Positions 1 through 12,599 of a stretch of DNA of 64,000 bases are shown piece after piece. The stretch is taken from assembly GCA_002269645.1 (NCBI GenBank), contig NIVC01001426.1:227094-291093 (forward strand). Reading direction: 5' to 3'. A program made the translations under genes and the position numbers. The notes below the pieces were generated by a model. That model was not told the DNA's origin. It saw nothing but the letters and a program-made list of their open reading frames with translations, and made no database searches. Origin of the DNA: Macrostomum lignano. Taxonomy: Eukaryota. How positions within the stretch are numbered: position 1 is the stretch's first letter; every line of letters begins with the position of its first letter.

Positions 1-130
1 AGCATCCCTCAGATAGCAAGCATCCCCCAGATAGCAAGCATCCCCCAGATAGCAAGCATCCCCCAGATAGCAAGCATCCCCCAGATAGCAAGCATCCCCT
101 ACATAGATAGCATCCCCAAATAGCAAGCAT
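1..130. repeat. 18-bp tandem repeat (AGATAGCAAGCATCCCCC), runs off the window start
   Basis: Period 18 read directly; about 6-7 copies. Confidence 0.9.
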
Positions 131-214
131 CCACCAGACAATAAGTAGCTAGTGCGACAATTTCCTTAGCATTATAGTGGCTCCTTTAAAATTCGCTTAC
201 TTTTACGTTTGAAA

Positions 215-2705
215 TTGTGTAAATTTTATGTTTGACATGGTGGCTCTTTTATGTTCTACATGGCAACTCTTTTATGTTTGAAACGATGGCTTTTTAATGT
301 CTGACATGGTGGCTCTTTTATGTTTGACACAGTGGCCCTTTAATGTTCGACAAAGTGGCTATTTAATGTTTGACAAGGTGGCTTTTAAATGTTTGACATG
401 GTGGCTCCTTAATGTTCGAAATGGTGGCTCTTTAATGTATGACATAAAGACACATATATAATTGACATGGTGGCTCTTAAATGTTTGACATGGTGGCTCT
501 TTATTGTTTGACATAGTGGCTCTTTAATGATCGACAAAGTGGCTCTTTAATGTTCTTCATGGTATAGCTCTTTTATGTTCGACATGGTGGCTCTTAAATG
601 TTTGACATGGTGGCTCTTTAATATTCTACATTGTGGCTCTTAAGTGTTCGAAATGGTGGATCTTTTAGGTTTGACATGATGGCTGTTTAATGTTTGACAT
701 GGTAGCTCTTTTATGTTGACATGGTAGCTCTTTTAGGTTTGACATGGTGGCTGTTTAATGTTTGACATGGTAGCTCTTTTATGTTGACATGGTAGCTCTT
801 TTAGGTTTGACATGGTGGCTGTTTAATGTTCAACATAGTGGCTCTTTAATATTCTACATGGTGGCTCTTTTATGTTTAACATGGTGGCTCTTTTGTTTTA
901 CATGGTGGCTCTTTAATGTTTGACATAAAGTCACTTATATGTTCGAAATGGTGGCTCTTTAATATTTTACATTGTGGCTCTTAAGTGTTCGACATGGTGG
1001 GTCTTTTAGGTATGACATGGTGGCTCTTTTATATTCTACATTTTGGCTCTTAAATTTTCGACATGGTGGCTCTTTTTGGTTTGACATGGTGGCTCTTTTA
1101 TGCTTGATATGGTGGCTCTCTAATGTTTAACATGGTGACTTTTAATGTTAGACATGGTGGCTCTTTAATGTTCGACATGGTTGCTCTTTGATATTCGACA
1201 GGGTGGCTCTTAAATGTTTGATATGGTGGCTCTTTATGTTTGACATGTTGGCTCTTTTGTGTTTGACATGGTGGCTCTTTCATGTTTGACATGGTGGCTC
1301 TTTTTTGTTGAAATGGTGGCTCTTTTTTGTTCTACATGGTAACTCTTTTAAATCTGATACGGTGGCTTTTTTAATGTCTGACATGTTGGCTCTTTTATGT
1401 TTGACATAGTAGCTCTTTAATGTTCAAAATGGTGGCTCTTTTATGTTTGACATGGTGGCTCTTTAATGATTGACATGGTGGCTCTTTTATGTTCGAAATG
1501 GTGGCTCTTTAATGTTCGAAATGGTGGCTTTTTAATGTTCAAAATAGTGGCTCTTTTATGTTCGACATGGTGGCTCTTTAATGTTCGAAATGGTGGCTCT
1601 TTAATGTTCGAAATGGTGGCTCTTTAATGTTTGACACAAAGTCACATTTATGTTTGACATGGTGGCTCCTAAATGTTTGACATGTTGGCTCTTTTATGTT
1701 TGACATGTTGGCTCTTTTATGTTTGACATAGTGGCTCTTTGATGTTCGAAATAGTGGATCTTTTATGGTCGACATGGTGGCTCTTTAATGTTCGAAATGG
1801 TGGCTCTTTAATGTTCGAAAAAGTGGCTCTTTTATGTTCGACATGGTGGCTCTTTAATGTTTGAAATGGTGGCTGTTTAATGTTCGAAATGGTGGCTCTT
1901 TTATGTTTGACATAAAGTCACTTATATGTTTTACATGGTGCCTCTTAAATATTAGACATGGTGGCTCGTTTAGGTTTGACATGGTGGCTCTTTTATGTTT
2001 GACATGTTGGCTCTTTAATGTTCGACATGGTGGCTCTTCTATGTTCGAAATGGTGGCTTTTTAATGTTCAAAATAGTGGCTCTTTTATGTTCGACATGGT
2101 GGCTCTTTAATGTTCGAAATGGTGGCTCTTTAATGTACGACATAATGGCTCTTTAATGTTTGACAATGTGGCTTTTGAATGTTTGACATGGTGGCTCTTT
2201 AATGTTTGACATGGTAGCTCTGTTATGTTCGACATGGTGGCTCTTTAATGTTCGAAATAGTGGCTCTTTAATGTTCGAAATGGTGGCTCTTTAATGTTTG
2301 ACACAAAGTCACATTTATGTTTGACATGGTGGCTCCTAAATGTTTGACATGGTGGCTCTTTATGTTTGACATGTTGGCTCTTTTATGTTTGACATGTTGG
2401 CTCTTTTATGTTTGACATAGTGGCTCTTTGATGTTCGAAATAGTGGCTCTTTTATGGTCGACATGGTGGCTCTTTAATGTTCGACATGGTGGCTTTTTAA
2501 TGTTCGAAATGGTGGCTGTTTAATGTTCGAAATGGTGGCTCTTTTATGTTGATATAAAGTCACTTATATGTTTTACATGGTGCCTCTTAAATATTAGACA
2601 TGGTGGCTCGTTTAGGTTTGACATGGTGGCTCTTTTATGTTTGACATGTTGGCTCTTTAATGTTCGACATGGTGGCTCTTCTATGTTTGACATTGCGCTT
2701 CTTTT
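215..2705. repeat. 23-bp minisatellite (ATGTTTGACATGGTGGCTCTTTT), about 100 units
   Basis: Period 23 (e.g. ATG at 1443 and 1466). It abuts a Helitron 5' arm. Confidence 0.95.
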
Positions 2706-3306
2706 ATGTTTAGCAGTTTCGTGTTTTTAAGGTGTTTTAATAAAAAAAATCTTTTTTGCACTACTAAGATTCGAACCCAGGTCGCTACATTAGCATTCCA
2801 GTCTGTTCGCATCAGGGCTATCTTTTTTCAATTGGAGAACATGAATTGTGGCCCTTATAATTCAATTCTTACAGCAAGTCAATTGGAGTAAAAAGTTATG
2901 ACATAATCAATTTCTCAGTCAGCCAGTATCAGTCTCAGTTCAAGTTAGCAATATTGGTTACGCAATTTTAATCAAGTCGTGTGTGCATTTCTTCGACACT
3001 GTTTTCAACTTGTTGTGATGCAATCTTTATCAGAATTGAAATTCAGTCAGTCATTTTTTCTCTAGCATTCTTACAATGCATTTCAGGTCGAAAGAGCTGC
3101 TTGACCTTTGCAAAAAAGCATGTTTTTCGAATATTTAATCCCTTTAACATTGAGCAATTTCTTAGCCAAGATGCATGTACCGTCCCAGGAAAATTTCTGA
3201 TCGAATGGTGCAAGTTTGAAGAAAATCGGTTGAGCCAATTTTTCTGAAATCTATCGCATACCTACCCACATACATACATACAGACAACTCATTTTTAGTA
3301 TATAGA
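2706..3306 (-). mobile_element. Helitron 5' arm (terminus TCTATATACTAAAAATG at 3306)
   Basis: Clearly similar to 30170-30777 and partly to 10230-10645. Reverse complement starts TC-TATATACTAAAAA followed by a (TGTA)n/TGTC tract, typical of Helitron 5' ends. The flanking base is G rather than the expected T. Confidence 0.75.
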
Positions 3307-3469
3307 GTGGAACTCCTCCTCTGGAGGAGATAGAGGAAGAAATCCCATCACCGGAATTCCATTCCCTGAAATATCCATCAACTGAAATTCCATGCCTTGA
3401 ACCCTATATTCCAAATCGTCTCCAAATTCTTTACAAAACGTTTCAAAGACCATAGCTCAAAGACTCTCA

Positions 3470-4180
3470 CGTCTCTCATATCTCCTCTCTCCTCTCTTCG
3501 CTATTATCGTGACTCTCTTCTCTCTCCTCTCTATCATCTCATCACTACCCCTACTCCCTCATTTATCTCTTCTCCCTTGTCTTTCGTCTGTACCTTCTCC
3601 TGTCTCTTGTCTCCTCTCTTCTCGCATCCCTCCTCTTCTTTTCTGTCTCCTGTCTCCTCTCTTCTCTCTTATCTCTCCCTCTTCTCTCCTCTCTCATATG
3701 TCATCTCTACTCACTTATCTATTGTCTCTCTTAACCCTCTCTCTCTCTTCTCTTTTCTCTCCTCTCTGCTCTCATTTCTCATATCTCATTTACGCTCTCA
3801 AGCTCTACTTTCTTGTCTCTCATCTTTCTTTCCTCCTTTCCACTATCCCCTGTCTCTTCTCTTCTCTCTTTTCTATTCTCTCCATTCTCTCTTTTCTCCT
3901 CTCCTTGCTCCTTTCATGTTCTCCCCTCTCTTCTCTAATCTCTGATCTCTTCTCTCTTATGTTCTCACTCATCTCTTCTCATCGCATCTCTCATCTCTCC
4001 TCTCCACACTACTTTCCTCTCTACACTCTCTTATCTCTGATCTTTCATCTCTCTCCTCTCTCCTCACTCTCTTCTCCTTTTGCTTCTCTCTCCCTCTTCA
4101 TTCTCGCCTTACTCTCCTATTCTCTCCGTATGTCATCTCTAATCTCTCCTCTCTCATATCTACTCTCTTTTCTCTCCCAT
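3470..4180. repeat. Degenerate CT-rich low-complexity tract
   Basis: Almost pure pyrimidine strand; gives spurious Leu/Ser ORFs. Confidence 0.9.
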
Positions 4181-5169
4181 TGGAAGAACTCCCATCACCA
4201 GAATTCAATTCCCTGAACTTCATTAGCTGAATTCCATGACCCGAGTTCCATCATCCAAGTCCTCTCCGAGGACAAAAAGTCCTCTCCGTGAAACTGGACT
4301 CAATCGAAATTTACTTCGTCAGACAGAACTCAACTCTCAGGATTCAGTGGCTAGGGTTAGGGTTAGGGTTAGAGCTACACACAGCTGCGTGTTGAAAGGC
4401 AGCGATAATAAAAAATTGAACTAATTGAAGCAACAGATTGCGCAATCGATTTCTCAATAAGTCAGTATTAGTCTGAGTTCAAGTTAACAAAATGATTGCG
4501 CAATTTAAATCAACCATCCAATACACAGCGACCGCCCCCCTTCCAATACGCAGTGGCAAGTAGACGTTGAACCCCCCAACTTTATCTCTGACCTGTCGCA
4601 AAAATAAGTACAATCTTTGCAAAAGTATGGAAATCGTTTTTTGAATGCTGTATTTTTAGTTATTATCATATTTAAAGCAAATAACTTATATCCCCGAACT
4701 CAGCGCTGCAAGCTCTTTCCAGCAATAAAAGTCTCGTCTCTCAAAGTTCAAAAATCGAGCAACAGTTAGCGTTTGAAACTGTCTGATTTAAAGCATTGAA
4801 ATATCGAGTGTACGTTCACTGCCTGCAGCAGAGGGAGGCTCGCAAGTTTATTCATTGAATTTCACTGTCCAAAACTACACAGGGCAGCCTATTGAAAATC
4901 AGAACACATATCGTTGCGCAATTGTCTATCTATACAATCAGCCAGTGAGCTAGGGTCCGATTGTACACACGCAGCCACTGAGAATGCGACCATCCCCCAC
5001 TGGAGAGAAAATACACTGTAGAGATAGGAGACAGTTGTGGCGCAATCACTCAAAATTCATGTAAATTTTCAGCTCCAAGCAGAGAGAGGGGACAATTAAG
5101 ATTATCAAAGGTCAAGACCACCGTTTTCTGCTTTTTTAGGGATCTTAAAATGTAAAAATGCAATATTAA

Positions 5170-5308
5170 AATAGCCTAAAGCCATCCTCGGAAAATTTGC
5201 AGTTTTCCAATATAAGTTTCAACGCTGAGTTGCAAGTATTCTAGGAGAAGTTATGCAACAGACAAACAAACACACAAACAACACGTCAACTTTAGTATAT
5301 ATAGAGGA
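5170..5308 (-). mobile_element. Helitron-like 5' terminus (TCCTCTATATATACTAAAG) abutting the next element's 3' end
   Basis: Reverse complement begins TC at 5308, is followed by a (TTTG)n tract, and is joined directly to CTAG at 5309-5312. Confidence 0.7.
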
Positions 5309-5839
5309 CTAGCCATTTAGCCCCCCGCTGGGGGGCCTTAAAAATGACACCCCCAGCATTTAAAATGAAAGTGGTTTTTATTTTGGCCCAAGAGTATATA
5401 ACCTTACTAATTATCCAAAATTTTGATATCCATTCATCAAAAATTACTTTTTTTGATTTTTGGCAAAGATAAATTGCCATGAATCAAAACTTTTACCAGC
5501 CAAAAAAGTTTCCGACATCAGCCTAAAACCCTTTCTCAATCAGCGAATAATGCCTATCCTTTCAAGCACAAACTCTTTGTGCATATCGTCATTGGCCTGG
5601 GCATATTCTGGTCCGCAGCAGGAGCTCAATGTGTAAATCCCTGACGGCCTTAGACCCCTCTTTATTAGCCTAACTCAGAGAATCAAACCTTTAATAAAAA
5701 CGCTGATATTTCCTATTAGCAAAAAGCAGCATCACTTGTGTGTTTGCATCACTCATTATCTGAATTAAATGAGCTACTTGAGCCGTCCTACTTGACAATC
5801 TGACAATCGCTCAACAACCTAACCCCCTCCCCCAACAAT

Positions 5840-7480
5840 TCAGCCATCCCCCATGAGCCTTGATATCTCAGCAATTCCCCAGTAGGCCTTGACATCTCAG
5901 AAATTCCCTTATTAAGCATCGACATCGCAGCAATAAAACTCGAGCCTTGAAACCTACGCAATTCGCGCAGTAAGCCTTGACATCTTAGCAATCCCCCAGT
6001 AAGCCTTGAAATCTAAATAATTCCCTCAGTAAGCCTTGAAATTTCAGAAAATCCCTCATTAAGATCGACATCGCAGCAATTAAACTCGAGCCTTGACATC
6101 TACGCAATTCTCCCAGCCCAGTAAGCCTTGACATCCCAACAACTCAACTCCCCTCCTTCAAGAATTCAGCAATTCCTTTATGAGCCTTGATATCTCAGCA
6201 ATTTCTTCATGATCCTTGTCAACTCAGCGATTCCGCACATGAGCCTTGATATCCTACGATATCAAGCAATATAGCAATTCTCATCTTAGCAACTCTTTAA
6301 TTGATGGTTGACAGCGGTTAATCTATGATTGAACCAAAACTGACCCTAAGCCACTTACCCTAACCCATAAGTGAGTCTCGGCATGTTAGCTATTCCCCTC
6401 ATGAGCCTTGAGCCTCAGCATTAAAGTAACTTCCTCATAAGCTTTAAAATCTAAATTTCACTGAAAGCCTTGACCTGTTAGCAATTATCAAAGAGCCAAA
6501 GCATTTAGGTAATTCGCCCCCAAAGACTTTAATCTGAGCAATTCCTTGATGAATCATTTATGATTGACACGACGATCGCTCTATAATTGAACCGAAACCC
6601 TAACCCTTAACTGCAGCCGAGTCACAGCATTTCAGCAACTCCCTCTCAGCCCAAGAATTTCAGAAATTTCCCAATGAGCTTTTGAAATCTTAGCAATTTC
6701 CCATGAGCAAGAAAATTGAGGGACTAACCTTTTGATACCTTGGCACTTTCACACGAGTCTTATGATTGAACCCTAACCCTGCCAAGTCACAGCATTTCAG
6801 CTTTTCCCACTATGAACCACAGCATTTCAACAATTACCCAATGAACCTTGACATTTCCTGAATTTCAGCTATTCCCTTTAGGAGCCTTTGAAATCTCAGC
6901 CATTCCCCTGTGAACCTTGGCATCTCAGCAATACCCAAGAGTCACAGCCCACAGCATTACAGGGATGCCCCGTAAGCTTTGACATCTCAGCGATTCCCCA
7001 ATGAGCCTTGATATCTCAGCAACTCATTTTTAGCCACAAAATTTCCCTAATAATCCTAAGTGTTGCAATCACAACAATTCCCCCTGAGCATTGAGCTACA
7101 GTATAATTCAGATACCCCCCATGAGCTTTGACATTCCTCGATGAGTCTTTTATGTTTGACAGGCCAATTCATTTATGGTTTACGCCTTACTCTTACCCTA
7201 AAAATGTCGGCAATTCCCCCAACAGCCACAGCATTCCAGTAATTATCTCCATGAGCCTTGACCGCAAAGCATTGTTAATAAGCCTTGATACCTCAGCAAT
7301 TTCCCAAATAAACCTTCAGATCAAAGTAATTCTCCCCAGAATCACATCATTGTAGCAATTCCCCTGAGCCTTGAGATCTTAGAAATTCTCCCATGAGTCT
7401 TGATATCACAGCAATTTCCCATACCAGCCTTACGCTCGTAGCAATAGACATAGCAGTCTTAAGAATTCCCAATGAGTCTT
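5840..7480. repeat. Degenerate repeat array (GAGCCTTGACATCTCAGCAATTCCCC-like)
   Basis: Motif recurs irregularly many times inside the non-autonomous Helitron. Confidence 0.75.
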
Positions 7481-7606
7481 TTATGTTCAACAGTGCGTTT
7501 CTTTTATGATTGACATGATGATTCTTTTTTGCCTTTCTTGCATTGCGCTTTCTTCTCTTTAAAAGAAGCATTTATTTAAAAAAATACAATATTTCACCAC
7601 AACTTA

Positions 7607-7705
7607 AGCAATGCTTCACCAGCAGTTCAGCAATGCTTCACCAGCAGTTTAGCAATGCTTCACCAGCAGTTTAGCAATGCTTCACCAGCAGTTTAGCAAT
7701 GGTTC
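7607..7705. repeat. 22-bp tandem repeat (AGCAATGCTTCACCAGCAGTTT) x4-5
   Basis: Read directly. Confidence 0.9.
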
Positions 7706-10645
7706 ACCGGCACTGTTCCGCAAAATCTGGGAGCAGATGGCCACTGATCTCCATATGCTTCTCAATAATCGAAACCATTTGAAATTTTTGCCACTTGCAA
7801 TTAAAATTTGATTTGCAATCCTCTTACATATTTATTACTTCATTGTACGTCAGATTAGCACTGCTCACCCAGATTAGACCCTTTGCAAATTAGCACTTAC
7901 AGCAGATTAGCACTGCTCTAGAAGACTGACGCAGCCCCCCCAGCAAAAGTATCTTTAAATTTAAGTGTTTAACATCTCCATGAATCTGCATAGGATGCAA
8001 TCATTATTGTCACAGGTCACAAAGATAAATTCGCTGCTTCAATGCAGGCTCGAACTGCTGACATCAAAGCATTCTGCTTAGCTTCTGCCGGATACTGCCT
8101 GCCTACTGCGGCTGTTGTGCCTATTGACATGTGGTCGAAATAATCTAGTTTAGCAACTTCAGACGTTTGAAGTTAACCCCGCATTTATACCCACAATAAC
8201 CTGAAATTATCCCTGCATCGAATCTCGCAAAAAGGCTGCAGTTATTTCTTAACAGCCAGCATTTATCATCCACTTTGCATTCTACGACTTTTATTAAAAT
8301 TAAGCATGTATACCCTCAGCTCATAGAATTGTCCCCTTAGCAAAAAATATTTCACTTAGCAGCCCGCAGTAATCACCTCAACAACTTGTACTTAATCTTC
8401 CACAGTAAATATCCACTCAAAACTCAATAGTTAGTTATTAGCCTCAGAAGTCTGCCATTATCATCCAATTAGTCCGCAGTTTCCCTCTGAGCAGTCTACA
8501 GCTATACGCTCATACGTCTGGAGGAACTACCTCAGCAGTTTGCAGTTGTTTCCCCTTTGCAATCTGCAATGATCCCTTCGACAATCTGCAGTTCCCCTAA
8601 GCAGTCTGCAGTCATTCCATTTGCAGTCTACAAGTGTTCAATTAACAATTTTCATTCACCCTCTCAGCAGCCTGCAGTTCTTCTTTCAGCCGGCTCCTCA
8701 GCTCCTCAGGAAACTGCAATTTGCTCAGCATTTTACGGCTCACTAATAAATTTTCGATACATATCGGCAGTCTTGCAAAACTTAGCATTTTTCGATACCG
8801 TCAGCAGTTTTTTCAGAATCGTCTGCAGTTTAGCAATTTCATACTTTCATGGAGCTAGGCAATATACTCATTGATGGGATCAGTACGCTTGTAATACATG
8901 TACTCGAAGCAGTTTTTACAAATCAAATTTGCTTAGCGACTTGTGCTAAAATGAAATAATAATTAGTTAAATTTTAATTGTCCGCTGCGAGGTAGACTCG
9001 AACCTGGGACCTTACGCCTATCCTAAAACTGGTCCTAGTGCCTACAGTGCGGCTACTCCGCCTATTGATCGGAAGGCGACAAAATCAGCCATATATGCTT
9101 TGGCACTGCAGTCAAATACACAGCAGTGATAGGCTGCTTAGTGCACGGGTTGTATGCAGGCAGAGCCAATGCGCAGTTAAGTGAAATCTATAAATTAGAT
9201 TTAAGTCTAGAGGAACTACTTCACAGTCTGCAGTTCTTCTGTGGCCGGCACCTCAGACCCCTCAGAAAACTGCAATTTGCTCAGCATTCATTCTACGGCT
9301 CACTAATCAATTTTCGATACATATCGGCAGTCTTAAAAAAGGGCAGCATTTAGCAAAAGGTCAGCATTTAGCACTTTTAAGCAATTTAGCAGCATTGTCT
9401 GCAGTTTAGTAAATTCGTACTTTTATGGAGCTAGACAATACCCATTGATGGGATCAGTTAAACTCGAAGCAGACAAGCAAACATACAAACAAACCTTAGA
9501 GATTTAGTATATTTGGATTGATTAGTGGCTTGTGCCGAATAGCACAAAAACCTTCAATTGAAATTAATAAAAAAATATTCCAATTAGTCGAGGCACAAGC
9601 TATAAATTATTAAATTTAATTTTAATTATCCGCCAGGGAGGCAGACTCGAACCTTGGACCTTACGCCTAGCCTAAACCTAATCCTAAGTGCCTACAGTGC
9701 GGCTACTCCGCCTATTGATGGGAGGACAACAAAATCAGCCATATATGCTTCAGAACTGCAGTTAAATACATAGCAGTGATAGGCTGCTCAGTGTGTAGGC
9801 GTGCAGGCGGAGCCAATGCACAGTTGAGTGAAATCTATAAATAGCAATTTTCTATGGAGTCCGCCAGTCAGAGCCAGGGTCAGAATGTACACACGCAGCC
9901 ACTGAGCATTTTTTCTCCTTGCACACTGCAACCAGTATTGAAGCTTACACAGTGGAGAGAGAAAAGTTATGGCGCAATCATAATTGGAATTGGAATTCAG
10001 CCAGTCCAGTCAAGAATTCAACCTAGTTTGCCCTACCATTAAAAGCATCGGGAAAACTCGTTTTTCGAATATTTAATACCTTTAGCATTAAAGCCAATTA
10101 AAGAAATTTTAACTGTCTTCTTTCCAGATAATTACAAATCTTTTCGTAAAAACGCGATTAAAATTGGTCAATTGGTTCTATCTCTATAACGTTATGCAAA
10201 TAATAACACAAATTCTCTTCGAGTGAAAGTCACACGAAGCAGCTATGACATAATCAAATACTCAGGCAGTCAGCATCAGTCTCAATTAAAGTTAGCAATA
10301 TGGTTACGCAATTTCTGTCTTTCAACTTGGCACAGTGTTTTCAACTTGTTGTGATGCAATCTTTATCAAAATCAGAATTCAGTCAGTCGGTTTTTTCTCT
10401 AGCATTCTTACAGCGCATTTCAAGTCGAAAGAGCTGCTTGACCTTTGCAAAAAAGCATGTTTTTTGAATATTTAATCCCTTTAGCATTAAAGCAGATTAA
10501 AGAAATTTTAACCGTCTTCTTTCCAGACAATTTTAAATCTTTTGGCGAAAACGCGATCAAAATCGGTGAAGAATTGCAGTCTCTAGAGCGTTATGGACAT
10601 TCATTCATTCAAGCATACAAACCTTAGAGATTTAGTATATTTAGA

Positions 10646-10674
10646 CTAGCAATCTACGCCCCCCGTTGGGGAGC
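10646..10674 (-). other. Helitron 3' terminal hairpin + CTAG
   Basis: 7-bp GC stem (one T-G pair), 3-nt loop, 8-nt spacer, CTAG. Confidence 0.85.
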
Positions 10675-11039
10675 CAAATAAATGCAATACACGTTTTTTA
10701 ATAAGCAACATGTAGCTAAGCCTTGAAATCTTAAAAAATCTCCTGTCAAACTTCTAACCATAACCCCAACCCTAACCATAACCCCAACCCTAACCATAAC
10801 CCTAAATTGAATATTTTGTTCACGAGTTTTTGCATGATGCTTGCATTATTTTTTGCATGACGCTTCCATAAATATTTTTAATAGGCTACTACATGAGCTA
10901 AGTTATAAGCTACCCTAACCCTAGCCCTAAGCCAAATCTTAACGCTATACCCTGAACCTAACACTAAACCTTGAAACCCTAACACCAATCCTAACACTAA
11001 CCCTACAGCCTGACATTTTCATAAGTTTGTGAAGCGCTT

Positions 11040-12560
11040 ATGCACCAAATTTTTGTGAACAGAATATTCTCAGTGAAATGAAATATTTGAAGCTTTATTT
11101 ATTCCCGGCATAGCACATCACTACAAAGAACGTGCATATACGCGTACCATTTAATACTGGCATACTTTAAGCGTAGGATGATACGAAACTGCGTGAATAA
11201 ATTCGCCGAACTATTAAACATTTCTGTTAGTTTCACGATTATTATACACAGTACATGTACAAAGTAACAGTACTGTTCAACTGTACTGTTACGAGCTACA
11301 ACAAACAAAAAACAACAAACGACCGGTACGTGCTTTTAATTAAATTTTAAACAACCGAAAATTGACGTTCAGCAGTTAAAACAATATTTAAACCAACACA
11401 TGCATTTATTCAAATGATATGATATGATCTTCTGCTGCTAATACGAGCGTAGCAGGTGAAAATTTGCAATGATGTAATAATTAATTAACAAAAGGATAGA
11501 CTGTCGCTTCAGCAGATGGTGCCATCGACAAGCAGCCAGTATAGCTTTAGCAGTACAAAAATGTACATGTATATGCCATCCTGACTACCTGCCGACTCGC
11601 GTCACTGCTCAATTGCATGCATTGGGTGTAAGCAAAGGTAGAGACATTCATTCTCAAACCAAAATTAAGTCGCTCCGCTCTGCTTAAGGCTGCTACAGAG
11701 CTTGACTGCAAATGCTCCTTTTAGAGTCTGGAACCACAGGGTATATAGAGCAGCTCCTATACACCATTCACAAACTCTTTTAGCCCAGTTAAGATGCAGT
11801 CAACCTACTCTCAATGAGGGCTGCTTCATAAATTCCGATTATACATACATGTTTCACCTGCTTATACCTGTACTATTTCTGTTTACTGACTGTATTTTAT
11901 GGTCTGTTCAGCGACTGTATTAGTGACTGCATTATTGTCTGTTTAGAGGCTGTATTGTCTGTTAAACGACTGTATTGTCTGTTTAGAGGCTGTATTGTCT
12001 GTTTAGAGGCTGTATTGTCTGTTAAACGACTGTATTGTCTGTTTAGAGACTGTATTGTCTGTTAAACGACTGTATTGTCTGTTTAGAGGCTGTATTGTCT
12101 GTTAAACGACTGTATTGTCTGTTTAGAGACTGCATTGTCTGTTAAAGGCTGTATTGCCTGTTTAGACATTGTATTGTCTGTTTAGAGACTATATTGTCTG
12201 CTTAAGGCTGTATTGTCTGTTTAGAGGCTGTATTGTCTGTTTAGAGGCTGTATTGTCTGCTTAGAGGCTGTATTGCCTGTTTAGAGGCTGTATTGTCTGC
12301 TTAGAGGCTGTATTGTCTGTTTAGAGGCTGTATTGCCTGTTTAGAGGCTGTATTGCCTGTTTAGGGATTGCATCATTGTCTGTTAAAGGCCTGTATTTAT
12401 TCTGTAATTTCTACTTTAAGTACTGTTACATTTATGTCCTATGAGTATAAGGAGGAACTTACGAAACATTCCTCGTAAATAGGATTTACTCAATGCACTC
12501 TCTCAGGGCTATCAGTTCATTGAGACTCTACGCGACTTTGATTTCACTCTCAGCCATCAG
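11040..12560. repeat. Internal duplicated block, copy 1 (downstream of the RPA gene), with a 20-bp array at about 11935-12385
   Basis: Matches 15545-17735. The core (about 11490-11940) looks identical and both copies give the same 73-aa ORF. Array unit is TGTATTGTCTGTTTAGAGGC. Confidence 0.9.
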
Positions 12561-12599
12561 ACGCTCGGGTCAAAAAAGTGGCGCGCCAACTGTGGCAAC

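Larger units (their letters stand above)
5309..10645 (-). mobile_element. Non-autonomous Helitron(s)
   Basis: 3' end: CTAG 5309-5312 with perfect hairpin GCCCCCC-agc-GGGGGGC (5320-5336). Two related 5' ends: TCCAAATATACTAAATCTCTAAGG (9517) and TCTAAATATACTAAATCTCTAAGG (10645). An internal ~600-bp duplication (about 8690-9240 vs 9250-9850). No coding capacity seen. Confidence 0.7.

Noticed and set aside
140-180. CTAG at about 149 as the 3' end of the first Helitron
   Set aside because: No GC hairpin and wrong flanking base.
3397-4216. Hydrophobic Leu/Ser ORFs
   Set aside because: CT-rich low complexity with no splice or domain support.
4350-4375. TTAGGG repeats (also degenerate at 10750-11005)
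   Set aside because: Only three or degenerate interstitial units; not a telomere.
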